Assembly (NCBI GenBank): GCA_963816185.1
Contig: CAWFJJ010000024.1
Span: 680,396-744,395, forward strand
Origin: Thermoanaerobaculia bacterium
Lineage (GTDB): Bacteria > Acidobacteriota > Thermoanaerobaculia > UBA5066
Direction of reading: 5' to 3'
Length of the DNA stretch: 64,000 nucleotides
Shown piece by piece: positions 19,950-32,041 of the stretch; the stretch's first letter is position 1, and each line of letters begins with the position of its first letter. The notes under the pieces are model-generated. The model made no database searches, was not told where the DNA came from, and saw only the letters and a program-made list of their open reading frames with translations. A program made the position numbers and the translations under genes.

Positions 19950-22453
19950 GCGTGCTGCTGGCGATCCTGCCGGTCCTCCTTGCCATCGCTCCGGGGCCGG
20001 AGACGGATTGCGCCGAGGATCCCGCGACTCTCGCGAGCCAGGCCGAAAAGCTCGTCGCGGACGGAACACCGCTCCCGGAAGACCTCGCTCAGGCTCGGAA
20101 TTTGGTCCGGCGCGCACGTCTCGCGTCGCCCTCGCTCGCTCTCGCCCTGCGCGGCGCGGACCTCGCGGCCGCCGCGGGAGACACGGACGACGAGGCACGC
20201 CTCCTCGAGATTGCGGCGAGGGACGCTCCGGAGCTCCTCTCGCCGGCCGAACGCCTCGTGCTCGCGCGGCAAGCCGAGGCGCGAGGGGACCGGCGCGGCG
20301 CGATTCTCCAGTACGGGCACGTCCTGGCCGCGCTTCAAAGGCGCGGGCGGTCGGGCGCGGACTGGATCGGCGAAAACATCCGGCGACTGGACGCCGAGGA
20401 CGAAGCCCGAAGGCTCCCGGCTCGCCCCGGATTCGCTCCCCCCTCCGTGGACGCCCGCCGCGCCTTCGCCGACGGCAAGACGGCTCTGAGGCGCGGGGCG
20501 AACGAGCCGGCGCGCGAGGCGTTCCGGAAGGCGCTCCGGCTCTCGCCCGGATACTCCGAGGCCGCGCTCGCGCTCGGAAGCGTCGAGGAACGGAACGGAC
20601 GGACGGCCGAGGCGGCGGCGGCGTACCGGACGGCGCTCGCGGCGGAGCCGGACGGCTTCGAAGCTCTCGTGGCCCTTTCGAATCTGCTCTGGAACGAGCC
20701 CGACCGCTCCGCGAAGGAGGAGTCGCTCGCGCTTCTCGACCGCGCCGTCGCGCTCCGTCCTGATCTCCCGCGCCTCCAGCGCGAGGCGGCAGACCGCTGG
20801 GCGGCCTGGGGCGACCCGGCGCGCGCCCTCGAACGGCTCGACGGGTGGTGGGCGCTCGCCTCGCCCGGCGAACGAGCGCAAGCCGCCGGCTTCCGGGAGC
20901 GCTTGCACGCGGGCCTCGCGCGGACGGCGGGCCCCGAGCCGGTCGTTCTCGGATCGGATCCGGCCTCTCCCGCGGTGGGAGCATTCCGCCTCGCGCAGGT
21001 TTACGCGAGCCGGTCCGACGTGCGCGACTGGGACGCGGCCGAGTCCGAGCTTGCCGAGGCCGAGCGCCTGGACCCCGGCTTCGTCCCGGCTCTCGAGCTG
21101 CGCGCCGCCCTGCGCGAGCGTCGGGAAGATCTGGCGGGCGCCGAGCAGATCCTCAAGCGCGCCGTTGCCATCGACCCTTCGCGCGCGATCGCGTGGGAGC
21201 GGCTGGCCGAGCTTCTGGGCCGGCAGGCAGGCCGGGAGCGCGACGTCGAGATCGCCTGGGAGCACGCGGATCAGGCCGGCTCTCGCGAGGCTCTCTTCGC
21301 GCTCGCCCGCATCGCGTCGAGCGAAGGGCGTTCGTCGCGCGCCGTAGCTCTTTACCGGCGCTACCTCTCGGAAGCGGCGGGAGGCGTTCATGCCGAGGAG
21401 GCGCAAGCAGGGCTCGAGCGCGAAGAGAGGCGGCAGGGAACGCTGCGCGGCGCCACGCTCGGCGCCGCCTTGTGCGTCCTCCTGGCGGGCGGTCTTTCCT
21501 GGGCGAGGAGGCGCGTGGGCCTCACGCTCGAGGAGTGGCTGAAGCGCGACCCCGGCGCGACGCGTGACGCACGTTCCGTGGCGGGTCGCCTTTCTCACGA
21601 GGCGTTCAAGCACGGCGGCCTGCTTCTCGGCGAGGCGGTGGAACGCCTGGGCCCGCACGAGGGGCTCGCCGAGGCTGCGCCGCTCCTCGTCGAACGTCTT
21701 TACGGGAGCTCGGGCGCTCCCGGGCTCGTCGCCGAAGGACGAAGGGCTCTTTCCGATCTCGAGTCGTTGGCACGCCGCCGTGGAGCGCGCCTGAACCTGC
21801 GATTCAAGGATCCGCTTTTTTCCCGGGTCTTCCGTTCGCTCGAGGCCCTCGAGAAGGCGGCCGGCGATCTCGCGCGCCTCGCCGAGAGTGGCTCGCTGCC
21901 GCCGCGCCGACTCGCCAGGCTGAGCCGGGAAATTCGCGAGGCCGCTTCGGCGCTCAACCCGCGGACCGCGCAGCTCTTGACGGCAACCCTCGATGCGGCG
22001 GGCTCCACAGAAGCTCGCTTCGAGCGGCTCGCGTCGATTCTCGCGAGCGTCGCGCGCGAAAACGACGCGGCGGTGCCGCCGCTCGCGGGGCTGGGTCTTT
22101 TCGGGGAGGTGGCCGACAGAAATTACGTCCGCGTCCGGATCCCGGAGGGAGACTGGGCCACCCTCTGGCGGAATCTCTTCGCGAACGCCCTGCGCGCTCC
22201 GCGCCTTGCGCTCCTCGCCGAGGAGCGGCGCGACCCGGTGACCGGCCAGGCCCTCGCGCGGTTCGTGCTCTTCGACGGCGATCCGAGGCTCTTGACCGCA
22301 GAGATGATCCGGGGGCGAGCCGCGGAGCGGGGCCTCGGAATCGTCGCGGACCTGGTCCGGCGATGGGACGGCCTCGTGGACGTGACGCCGGGAACGGGGG
22401 ACTTCACGAAGGGCGTCGCGGTGGAGTTCGCGGCCGTGGAGGAGGCCGCATGA
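19946..22453 (+). CDS. TPR-repeat membrane protein with degenerate histidine kinase-like C-terminus
   Basis: Signal peptide, TPRs, TM segment, LSHEAFKH, LWRNLFANAL (N-box), RGLGIV (G2-like). Confidence 0.7.
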   Translation: MSVLLAILPVLLAIAPGPETDCAEDPATLASQAEKLVADGTPLPEDLAQARNLVRRARLASPSLALALRGADLAAAAGDTDDEARLLEIAARDAPELLSPAERLVLARQAEARGDRRGAILQYGHVLAALQRRGRSGADWIGENIRRLDAEDEARRLPARPGFAPPSVDARRAFADGKTALRRGANEPAREAFRKALRLSPGYSEAALALGSVEERNGRTAEAAAAYRTALAAEPDGFEALVALSNLLWNEPDRSAKEESLALLDRAVALRPDLPRLQREAADRWAAWGDPARALERLDGWWALASPGERAQAAGFRERLHAGLARTAGPEPVVLGSDPASPAVGAFRLAQVYASRSDVRDWDAAESELAEAERLDPGFVPALELRAALRERREDLAGAEQILKRAVAIDPSRAIAWERLAELLGRQAGRERDVEIAWEHADQAGSREALFALARIASSEGRSSRAVALYRRYLSEAAGGVHAEEAQAGLEREERRQGTLRGATLGAALCVLLAGGLSWARRRVGLTLEEWLKRDPGATRDARSVAGRLSHEAFKHGGLLLGEAVERLGPHEGLAEAAPLLVERLYGSSGAPGLVAEGRRALSDLESLARRRGARLNLRFKDPLFSRVFRSLEALEKAAGDLARLAESGSLPPRRLARLSREIREAASALNPRTAQLLTATLDAAGSTEARFERLASILASVARENDAAVPPLAGLGLFGEVADRNYVRVRIPEGDWATLWRNLFANALRAPRLALLAEERRDPVTGQALARFVLFDGDPRLLTAEMIRGRAAERGLGIVADLVRRWDGLVDVTPGTGDFTKGVAVEFAAVEEAA

Positions 22454-22914
22454 CGGCACGGCGCAAGGTCCTCGTCGTGGAGGACGGTACGGAATACGTG
22501 GAAGGCTTCGAGCGCCTCACGGCCGCACGGAACCTCGACGTCCTCTTCGCGCGGGCGAAAGACCTCGAGTCGGCCCGCGCGGCTCTCGCGGGGGAGCGGC
22601 CCGGGGCCGTCTTTCTCGACGTCGTCTTCGACCGCGCTCCGGAGGCCTCTCTCGCGGGAGACGCTGAGTCGCTCGTCGCGCGGTTCGGCGGGGACCGTGC
22701 GCGCGCCCTCCGCCATCTCGCGACGCACCAGGGCTTCTACATCCTCGACGCCCTCGCGCCGATGCTCGAAGAGCTGCCGGTCATCCTCGCGTACGACTTC
22801 GCAGTCGAGCCGCAGCGGCTCGAAGCGCTGCGGCGTCGGGTGCCCCGGCTTTCGGGGCTGCAAGACGGCGCGTCGATCTCACAGGCGCTCGAGATGATGC
22901 TGACAAGCTCGTGA
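22450..22914 (+). CDS. Atypical single-domain response regulator
   Basis: VLVVED, VFLDVVFD, and a QGFYIL insertion shared with the upstream REC domain. Confidence 0.7.
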   Translation: MTARRKVLVVEDGTEYVEGFERLTAARNLDVLFARAKDLESARAALAGERPGAVFLDVVFDRAPEASLAGDAESLVARFGGDRARALRHLATHQGFYILDALAPMLEELPVILAYDFAVEPQRLEALRRRVPRLSGLQDGASISQALEMMLTSS

Positions 22915-23030
22915 GCCGCGCGCGACACCATGGCAGTCCTTCTTCCCGGTCTCTACCAACGCGCACGGGACCCGACCGCGTGCCGCTGCGGACGCTGCGC
23001 TGCCCGACCTGAGATACGCTCTCCGACCGC

Positions 23031-23393
23031 ATGAATTCGAGACCGGAAGCCCGTGTTCGCCTCGTGACCCGCGCAATCCTGGCGGTCGGGTTCGCCAGCG
23101 CGGTCGTGATCTACCTCGTCAACGCCACGCCCCCCGACGCGGCGGACTTTGAATTCGAGAATTCCAAGAAGTACCTTCGCGAACTGGAGGTCTACGGCGG
23201 CAAGGCGAACGTCATGGCCACGCAGTTCCGGCACTGGTTCGACGGACTGTGGCACGGCAGATCCCTCGCTTTCACGGTTGCCGTTATTGCCGTCCTCCTG
23301 GCTCTGGTCTACAACTTCTTCGCCACGCCCCTGCCGCCCGCCCTCGAGGGCGACGCGGGGCGTGAAGCGAACGGGAGCGGACGCGGCGCATGA
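23031..23393 (+). CDS. Small membrane protein
   Basis: Two TM segments; YLRELEVYGGKAN. Confidence 0.7.
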   Translation: MNSRPEARVRLVTRAILAVGFASAVVIYLVNATPPDAADFEFENSKKYLRELEVYGGKANVMATQFRHWFDGLWHGRSLAFTVAVIAVLLALVYNFFATPLPPALEGDAGREANGSGRGA

Positions 23394-23905
23394 CGGTCCG
23401 CGATGACGATCATCGCGGCATGCATCCCCGCGCCAGCGAGCTCGTCGCACGACTGAACCTCGCTCCCCATTCCGAGGGTGGCTATTTCACGCGTGCCTTC
23501 CGCTCAGAGGCAATCGTATTCCCATCCGATTCCCGGGGGGCGCGCTCAGCGCTCAGCGTGATCTACTTTCTTCTCGTCGCCGGTACGCCGAGTCGCTGGC
23601 ATCGCGTCTCTTCCGACGAGGCCTGGCACCACTACGAGGGTTCGCCGCTCGAGATCTTCTCCGCGTCGCCCCTGGGCGGTGCCGTCATGCGTCACACGCT
23701 CGGGCCTCTCTCCGCGACATCCGCACCCGTCCATGTCGTTCCTTCCGGCTGGTGGCAGGCAGCCCGGACTCTTGGTCCTTACTGCCTGGTCGGCTGTTCC
23801 GTCGGGCCGGGCTTCGAGTACGAGGACTTTGCGCTCCTGGCCAACGTTCCGGTCGGAGAACGGCCCCCTTTCGACCCGCCCTCACTCCAGGCGGCTTTCC
23901 TTTAG
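23390..23905 (+). CDS. Cupin_5 (DUF985) family protein
   Basis: PHSEGGYF, IYFLL, WHRV, WHHYEG, WWQAA, VGPGFEY. Confidence 0.9.
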   Translation: MTVRDDDHRGMHPRASELVARLNLAPHSEGGYFTRAFRSEAIVFPSDSRGARSALSVIYFLLVAGTPSRWHRVSSDEAWHHYEGSPLEIFSASPLGGAVMRHTLGPLSATSAPVHVVPSGWWQAARTLGPYCLVGCSVGPGFEYEDFALLANVPVGERPPFDPPSLQAAFL

Positions 23906-23961
23906 TCCCTCGTCGTCACTCGCGGACTCGACCTTCCAAGGAACCCCGTTCTCCGATCTCC

Positions 23962-25020
23962 TTAGATCTCCCGAAACACGAACCGCTTGAGAACCTGAAT
24001 CCTCTCGGAGGCGTGGGTCGGATCCATGAGCCAGATGGCGCCCGCGACCGAGGAGAGAAGCGAGTTGCCGTCCTGGGGCGTGAAGCAGAACCCCACGATC
24101 TCCCGGCCCTTGTCGGCGACGGCGAGCGTGGGCGTCGAGATGACGGTCTGCGAGAGGATGCGGCCGTAATACCCGTGATCGCGGCCGAAGGAGAACACTT
24201 CGTTCGCACTCTTCCGTTCCGTGAGCGCGACGAGCGGATTCTCCTTCAGGTGCTCGACGACCGTCTTCTTGTCGGTCGGCTTCGTGAGCTCGAAGTTGAA
24301 CCACACGGAGTGCATGTATTGCGTGTTGAGCTTCAGGGCCGACGAGAAGACCTTGGGCTCCAGGCTGAGCGTCTCGTACAGGTGAAAGACGTCGCGGGCA
24401 TGGTGCGTCCCGAACTGCTCGTCGTCGTGCTTGCCGACCGTCGGCGCGGGGATGTACTCCTTCGTCTGCGAGACGTCGTTCGCGCGCCGCATGCAGACGA
24501 ACTGCGCGCGATCCATCACGAGGTCGTCTCCCGACATGCCGAGCGTCTTGATCAGGATCGCGAGGTTGTGCGTGTTGCACGACACGACTTGCAGGAAGCG
24601 GTCCTCGCCCGGGATGAGGGCCGAATCGTTGATCCCGCGCGCGTACATCTTGCCGAACCCGAACTCGGAGCCCTGCGCGACGAAACCACGGGGGCCCTTG
24701 AGGTGCTTGTAGTAGGCCTCCTTGTTGTCGTTTCCGGCGGGCGTGCAGTCGATGACCACGGTCGCGCGCTCGAGAGCTTCCTGTGCGCTGTAGGAGACCA
24801 TGTGGCCGAGGGCCTCGAAATCCGCGGTCTTGTCCTCCTCCGTCGCGAGGTGCGCGCCGCGCGACATCAGGTGGGCCACCTTCGCGCGCTCGGTCTTCAT
24901 GGGCGTGCGCTTGTGAAACGTCACTTCATCGATGCCGAGGTGCTGCTTGAAGTCGGTGAAGAGCCCGATGAGAGGCTCTCCGATCGTCCCGGTCCCGACG
25001 ATGTGAACGATGTTCTTCAT
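23962..25020 (-). CDS. Archaeal-type (class II) glyceraldehyde-3-phosphate dehydrogenase-like protein
   Basis: GTGTIG, VIDCTP, VVSCNTH, RRAND motifs. Confidence 0.7.
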   Translation of the reverse strand: MKNIVHIVGTGTIGEPLIGLFTDFKQHLGIDEVTFHKRTPMKTERAKVAHLMSRGAHLATEEDKTADFEALGHMVSYSAQEALERATVVIDCTPAGNDNKEAYYKHLKGPRGFVAQGSEFGFGKMYARGINDSALIPGEDRFLQVVSCNTHNLAILIKTLGMSGDDLVMDRAQFVCMRRANDVSQTKEYIPAPTVGKHDDEQFGTHHARDVFHLYETLSLEPKVFSSALKLNTQYMHSVWFNFELTKPTDKKTVVEHLKENPLVALTERKSANEVFSFGRDHGYYGRILSQTVISTPTLAVADKGREIVGFCFTPQDGNSLLSSVAGAIWLMDPTHASERIQVLKRFVFREI

Positions 25021-25131
25021 GACATGCTCCTGACGCGAAGGCACTTCCCGCGGGGAATTCCCTTATAGCCGTCCGGGGCGGTGGAATTCAACGGGCACGT
25101 CCGAAAAAGGCCGCGTGCTAACGTCGATTCG

Positions 25132-25773
25132 ATGCCGGACGCGGCCCCGGTGAGGCTCACGTCGCTCGAGATTCCGGGTCCCGCGGGCCCCCTCGAGGCT
25201 CTCCTGCGCTCGCCGGTGGCTCCGTCGGGGGCGGCGCTCGTCGCGCACCCGCATCCCCGGCTCGGGGGCACGATGCGCACGAAGGTCGTGCATCGCACGG
25301 CACGCCTTCTGTCCGGGCGATTCTCGCTGGCGGCCCTGCGCTTCAATTTCCGGGGGGTGGGCGCGTCCGCGGGGACGTACGACGGCGGCGCCGGCGAAAC
25401 GGAGGACGTCGTCGCGGCAGGACGCTGGCTGAGGGCCAGCCGGCCGGACGGCCCCTTCGTCCTTTCCGGCTTCTCGTTCGGGGCTCTGTGCGCCCTGAGG
25501 GCTGCCGAGCGCCTCGCGCCCGAGGTGCTGCTTCTCATCGGAGTTCCGACCGACCGGGACGCACCCGAAGGCGTCGCCCCCGAGGGCACGCATGTCGCGT
25601 GGATTCAAGGCGGGGACGACGAGTTCAGCTCGGCCGCTCGTGCCCGGGAAATCGCCGCCGCGAGAGGCTGGACGTTCCTCGTCGTGCCGGGGGCGGATCA
25701 TTTCTTCTCGGGCTGCCTGGGCGAGTTCGAGAGCATGACGGGCGATGCGATTGCCCCATGGCTGTCGCGATGA
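25132..25773 (+). CDS. Alpha/beta hydrolase
   Basis: HPHPRLGGTM, RFNFRGVG, GFSFG, GADHFF. Confidence 0.9.
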   Translation: MPDAAPVRLTSLEIPGPAGPLEALLRSPVAPSGAALVAHPHPRLGGTMRTKVVHRTARLLSGRFSLAALRFNFRGVGASAGTYDGGAGETEDVVAAGRWLRASRPDGPFVLSGFSFGALCALRAAERLAPEVLLLIGVPTDRDAPEGVAPEGTHVAWIQGGDDEFSSAARAREIAAARGWTFLVVPGADHFFSGCLGEFESMTGDAIAPWLSR

Positions 25774-26333
25774 TGGTTTCGGAAGAGGGGAGAGGGATTC
25801 TTCGAAAGGTGGCGTTGGCTGCGGCGGCCCGCGCGATGGGACTTCCAGCATCCCCGCGGCCGGTGATCGCTGCGGTAACCGCTCTCGCCAGCCCTGCGCC
25901 CGTCTTTGTGACGTGGAAGCGGGACGGGCGGCCGCGGGGGCGCAGCGGAACGACCGAGACCGCGCGCGGGCTCGTCGAAGAGGTCGAGGAGCACGCCGTG
26001 GCGGCGCTCCTGCACGACCCGAGATTCCCTCCAGCGACCGCCAAGGAGCTCCCGCGCTACGCGCCCGAGATCTCCGTTCTTTCCACCTTCGAAGAAATCT
26101 TCTCTTCCTCCGAAGGAATCTCCGATCTCTCCCGGCTCGACTCGGGCCTGCATGGTGTCGTCGTCGAAAAAGGGAAACGCCGCGGGGTCGTCCTGCCTCA
26201 GGATGCCGCGACGTTCGGCTGGGACGGCGCGCGCATCCTGTCCCAGGCGTGCCTCAGGGCGGGGCTGCCGGAGGAGAGCTGGAAGGCCGCGAGCCCTCCC
26301 CGCCTCCTCCGGTTCACCGCGGAGGTCTTCTGA
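25770..26333 (+). CDS. AMMECR1 domain protein
   Basis: FVTW, DPRFPP, EISVLS, GVVLPQ, KAGL-like RAGL. Confidence 0.85.
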   Translation: MMVSEEGRGILRKVALAAAARAMGLPASPRPVIAAVTALASPAPVFVTWKRDGRPRGRSGTTETARGLVEEVEEHAVAALLHDPRFPPATAKELPRYAPEISVLSTFEEIFSSSEGISDLSRLDSGLHGVVVEKGKRRGVVLPQDAATFGWDGARILSQACLRAGLPEESWKAASPPRLLRFTAEVF

Positions 26334-26340
26334 CCGCGGG

Positions 26341-27075
26341 CTACTTCTCGATCGAAAGCAGCTCGACGTCGAAGACCAGCGTCGCGCCGCCTTTGATCTT
26401 CGGAGGGCTTCCCGCGTCGCCGTAGGCGAGATCCGAAGGGCACACGAAGCGGGCCTTGCCGCCCGTCTTCATGAGCTGGAGGCCCTGCGTCCAGCACGGG
26501 ATCACACCGTTCAAGGGGAACGTCACGGGCTCGCCGCGATCGATCGAACTGTCGAACACCGTTCCGTCCGTGAGGGTGCCGCGGTAATGGACTTTCACCT
26601 TGTCGGTCGGCTTCGGCGAGGCGCCCGTTCCCGCCTTGATCTCCTTGTAAAGGAAACCGGTCGGCTGCTTGACGGCTCCGTTCTCGGCGACCTCCTTCGC
26701 GAGGAAAGCTGCGCCGGCCTTCTTCTCGGCTTCGGCGCCCGAGGCGACGCGCGCGTTCGCGAAGTCGCGGATCTTCGGCCCGTACGCCTGGAGATCCACC
26801 TTATGTGGACGGCCGAGGACTCCATCCGTGATGCCCTCCTGGACGGAGGCGAGGTCGGCCGCGGAGAGCTTCAGCGGCAGGAGGTTCTGGCTCAGGACGA
26901 GGCCGAGGGCGTAAAGGGTCTTCGCGCTTTCAGTCGCGGGTCCCGTACCGGCGACCTTGGTGGAGCCGGTCTTGGCGGGGGCGGCTTTCGCGGTGGCGGG
27001 CTTGGCGGCATCGTCGGCGAGCGCCAGGGTGGCCGAAGACAGAAGAAGAACGGAGGCGATGAGGTTTCGCCGCAT
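26341..27075 (-). CDS. FKBP-type peptidyl-prolyl isomerase (FkpA/Mip-like)
   Basis: VHYRGTL, FDSS, VIPCW, LAYG, LVFDVEL. Confidence 0.95.
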   Translation of the reverse strand: MRRNLIASVLLLSSATLALADDAAKPATAKAAPAKTGSTKVAGTGPATESAKTLYALGLVLSQNLLPLKLSAADLASVQEGITDGVLGRPHKVDLQAYGPKIRDFANARVASGAEAEKKAGAAFLAKEVAENGAVKQPTGFLYKEIKAGTGASPKPTDKVKVHYRGTLTDGTVFDSSIDRGEPVTFPLNGVIPCWTQGLQLMKTGGKARFVCPSDLAYGDAGSPPKIKGGATLVFDVELLSIEK

Positions 27076-27135
27076 GGGATGAGGTCCTCGCTTTTCGTTT
27101 GATGACGGCCCGGAGGGCGCGGCCGAAGATCGATT

Positions 27136-27960
27136 CTACCGCGCGGACGCGGCCGGGCGCGACAGAATGTGGAGGAGAACGCCCGCGGCGACGGCCGCGT
27201 TCAGGGAGTCGACACGGCCGGCGAGAGGCAGCGTGACGCGATGGTCGAGCGACGCGGCGATCTCAGGGGAGATTCCGTGGCCTTCGGAGCCGATCACGAG
27301 GGCGAGAGGTCGGACGCCTGCGAGGTCTTCGGGAGCCGTGCCGCCATGCGCCGCAGCTCCGCCGAGGGCTATGCCTTGCCGGCGAGCCCAGGCGATGGCC
27401 TCACTTGGAGCGACGCCCTCCACGACGGGCAATCGGAAGGCGCTGCCTGCCGACGCGCGCAGCGCGCGCGGTGAAAAAGGCCACGCACAGCCGGGCGTCA
27501 GGAGAGCGGCGGCAGCTCCGAACGCCTCGCCGCTCCGGAGGATCGCCCCCACGTTCGCGGGGTCCTGGACGTCGTCGAGGAGGAGAAAAAGAGAAGACGA
27601 GGAGGGAGATGTCTTTGAAGGTAATAGGGCTGAAAGCGAAGTCAGATCGCGGTGGGGAGGCGCCGCGAGCGCGACGACGCCGCGTGTCGAGGGGAGATCC
27701 GAGAGCTTCCGAAGAACGCGCGCCGAGACACGTGTTACGCGGGCGTCCCCTCTTCCCGTTCTAAGAAAATCTTCGTCTTCTTTTTCTGCTCTCTCTTCCT
27801 CCGGATTTCTCTGAACAAAGACTTCTTCTATCTGCACCCCCGCGTCGAGAGCCTCCTCGATCATTCGCGCACCCTCGAGCAGCATCTTTTCGTGCGCCGC
27901 GACGGCCTTGACGGCGGCCGCGATACGCGGGTTCGACGGGGATTCGATGCGCGTCGTCAT
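27136..27960 (-). CDS. TrmH/SpoU family RNA methyltransferase
   Basis: QDPANVGAILR, IGSEGHG, SLNAAVA. Confidence 0.92.
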   Translation of the reverse strand: MTTRIESPSNPRIAAAVKAVAAHEKMLLEGARMIEEALDAGVQIEEVFVQRNPEEERAEKEDEDFLRTGRGDARVTRVSARVLRKLSDLPSTRGVVALAAPPHRDLTSLSALLPSKTSPSSSSLFLLLDDVQDPANVGAILRSGEAFGAAAALLTPGCAWPFSPRALRASAGSAFRLPVVEGVAPSEAIAWARRQGIALGGAAAHGGTAPEDLAGVRPLALVIGSEGHGISPEIAASLDHRVTLPLAGRVDSLNAAVAAGVLLHILSRPAASAR

Positions 27961-28033
27961 GGAGCGCCAACGAGTGTAGTTCCTTCCGGCGAAGCGAGCG
28001 GAAGTGCGAATCGGTGTGCTTAAATCCCCCCGA

Positions 28034-29215
28034 ATGAAGCTGTCGCTTCCGGTCGCGGGCAGCGTCGCCGCGAAGGCCACGCCGCTGACCGCCCTCTGGA
28101 CGTTCCCCTCCGTCCTTTTCTCCGCGTTCCTCGTGGCCTGGGGGGCCGAGGCCGCTCAGTTCCTCGTGTCGCAGGGCCTGGCGCTCGCGATCCTGGCGTG
28201 GCTTCAGACGCTCCCCGAATTCGCGGTGGAAGCCGTCATTGCATGGGAGGCCGGGAAGGACCCGGCGAAGGTGCATCTCGCCATCGCGAATTTCACCGGC
28301 TCGATCCGCCTTCTCGTCGGACTCGGCTGGCCTCTCGTCTATTTCGTGGCGGCGTTTTTCGCCCGGAAGACGGGTAAGAGGAAGACGTGGATCGCGATCG
28401 AGTTCGACGACGAGCACGCGATCGAGATCGTGGGCCTCCTTCCACCGCTCCTCTGGTTCACCGTGATCTGGTGGAAAGGCACGCTCGGCCTCCTCGATGC
28501 CGCCGTGCTCACCGTTTGCTACGTCGGCTATCTCGTCGCGCTGTTGAAGGTGCCTCCGCGCGAGGGTGACGTGGAGGAGATGGAAGACCTCCCGGCCGTG
28601 TCGCGCTGGGCCCTCTCGCGGGGGCCCCGCGGGAGGGGATGGGCGATCGCGGGCATCTTCCTCGTCGGGGGCGCTCTCCTCGCCGTGTCGGCCCACGCGT
28701 TCGTGGAGTCCATGCTCGCGCTCGCGATCTCCGCCGGAGTCTCGCAATTCGTCTTCGTCCAGTGGGTCGCGCCGTTTCTCTCCGAGTTTCCCGAGAAGCT
28801 CTCGGCGTTCAACTGGGCGCGCCAGATCACGAAAGCGCCGATGGCCGTGATGAATCTCGTCTCGTCCACGATCAACCAGTGGTCTATTCTCTCGGGCCTC
28901 ATTCCGGTCATCTACTCGATCTCGAGAGGAACCCCGTCGGCCATCGCCTTCGATCAGCACCAGCGCCTGGAGATCCTTCTGACGATCCTGCAGAGCTTTC
29001 TCGGCTGGCTCCTCCTCCTGAACCTGGACCTGCGCGCTTTCGAGGCCGCGATCCTCTTCGTGTTTTGGCTGGTTCAGTTCACCTTTCCCGAGACTCGCGG
29101 CGCGATGATCGGCGTCTATTCCGGCTGGTGCGGCGTCGAGATCGCGATGATCGCTTTTGGAATGCGGAAGCCGCGCGCCTTTCGGGCCGCCTGGAATACT
29201 TTGAGGCACCGGTGA
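28034..29215 (+). CDS. Na+/Ca2+ (CaCA) antiporter-like membrane protein
   Basis: Alpha-repeats QTLPE and SEFPE; about 10 TM segments. Confidence 0.8.
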   Translation: MKLSLPVAGSVAAKATPLTALWTFPSVLFSAFLVAWGAEAAQFLVSQGLALAILAWLQTLPEFAVEAVIAWEAGKDPAKVHLAIANFTGSIRLLVGLGWPLVYFVAAFFARKTGKRKTWIAIEFDDEHAIEIVGLLPPLLWFTVIWWKGTLGLLDAAVLTVCYVGYLVALLKVPPREGDVEEMEDLPAVSRWALSRGPRGRGWAIAGIFLVGGALLAVSAHAFVESMLALAISAGVSQFVFVQWVAPFLSEFPEKLSAFNWARQITKAPMAVMNLVSSTINQWSILSGLIPVIYSISRGTPSAIAFDQHQRLEILLTILQSFLGWLLLLNLDLRAFEAAILFVFWLVQFTFPETRGAMIGVYSGWCGVEIAMIAFGMRKPRAFRAAWNTLRHR

Positions 29216-30405
29216 GATTCGCGTCGCGCGCTTCCCGTGTCGCCGGCTCGGCGACGTTCGCGGTCATGAAGGCCGCGGCGGAGCTGCGCGCCAAAGGCAT
29301 CGACGTCGTGGACTTCGGCCCGGGGGAGCCCGACTTTCCGACGCCGGCGTTCGTGAAACGCGCCGCGATCGACGCGATCGAGTCGGACTTCACGAAATAC
29401 ACCGACTCCTCGGGCACTCCGGAGCTGCGCGAGGCGATCGCCGCGCGGTACCGGGCGAAGTGGAACGCGCCGTACACGGCCGCTGAGGTCGTCGTGACGG
29501 CCGGCGGCAAGCAGGCGCTGCACACGGCCTGCCTCGCGCTCTTCGAAGAGGGCGACGACGTCCTCGTGCCCGTGCCGTACTGGGTGTCCTTTCCCGAGAT
29601 GGTGACGCTTTCGGGGGCGCGAACCGTGTTCGTGCCCATTCCCGCCGGCGCTCTCTTCCGTTTGACGGCGGCCGACGTGGCGCGCGCCGCGACGCCCGCG
29701 ACGCGGGGACTCATCGTGAACACGCCGAACAACCCGACGGGTGCCGTCGTGGATCCTTCGGAGATCGAAGCCATCGTCCGTCTCGCGGCTTCGCGCGGCT
29801 GGACGGTGCTCTTCGACGAGTGCTACGACCGCTTCGTCTTCGAAGGGAAGCATCTCTCGGCGGCCTCGCTGGCCGAACGATTCCCCGAGACGATTCTCGT
29901 GGTCGGGACGCTTTCGAAGACGTATGCGATGACGGGCTGGCGCGTCGGCTTCGCACTCGGTCCGAAGCCTCTCATCGATCTCATGGGCCGCGTCGTGGGC
30001 CATGCGACCTCGAACGTCTGCTCGATCACGCAGCGGGCGGCGGTCGCGGCGCTGACTCGGCTCGACGAGGCGCGGCCCGCCGTGGAAGGCATGATGGCCG
30101 AGTACGCGCGCCGGAGAGAGTTCCTCATTCCGGCCCTGAACGCCCTCCCGGGCGTGACGTGCGCGGCTCCAGGCGGCACGTTCTACGCCTTTCCGGACGT
30201 CTCGGCCCATTACGGAAGAACGATCGGCGGACATGCGGTCACCGGCTCTCAGAGCTTCGCGAAGGCGCTTCTCGAAACCGTCGCCGTGGCCGTGACTCCC
30301 GGCATCGCGTTCGGCGAGGACCGCTGCGTCCGGATCTCGTTCGCCACCTCCCGCGCTCGAATCGAAGAAGGCGTCGCCCGGCTCAGCCGGGCGCTCGCGG
30401 GTTAA
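29212..30405 (+). CDS. Class I PLP aminotransferase (aspartate aminotransferase)
   Basis: GEPDF, PNNPTG, DECY, SKTYAMTGWRVG. Confidence 0.92.
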   Translation: MRFASRASRVAGSATFAVMKAAAELRAKGIDVVDFGPGEPDFPTPAFVKRAAIDAIESDFTKYTDSSGTPELREAIAARYRAKWNAPYTAAEVVVTAGGKQALHTACLALFEEGDDVLVPVPYWVSFPEMVTLSGARTVFVPIPAGALFRLTAADVARAATPATRGLIVNTPNNPTGAVVDPSEIEAIVRLAASRGWTVLFDECYDRFVFEGKHLSAASLAERFPETILVVGTLSKTYAMTGWRVGFALGPKPLIDLMGRVVGHATSNVCSITQRAAVAALTRLDEARPAVEGMMAEYARRREFLIPALNALPGVTCAAPGGTFYAFPDVSAHYGRTIGGHAVTGSQSFAKALLETVAVAVTPGIAFGEDRCVRISFATSRARIEEGVARLSRALAG

Positions 30406-30483
30406 AGGGCTCCGTCACCGCGCCTTCAAGCCGCCCGTGAGAGCGCTTACACTTCCCGAAGACCTCACGGAAGGGGAGAGTTA

Positions 30484-32030
<1,547 letters not shown>

Positions 32031-32041
<11 letters not shown>

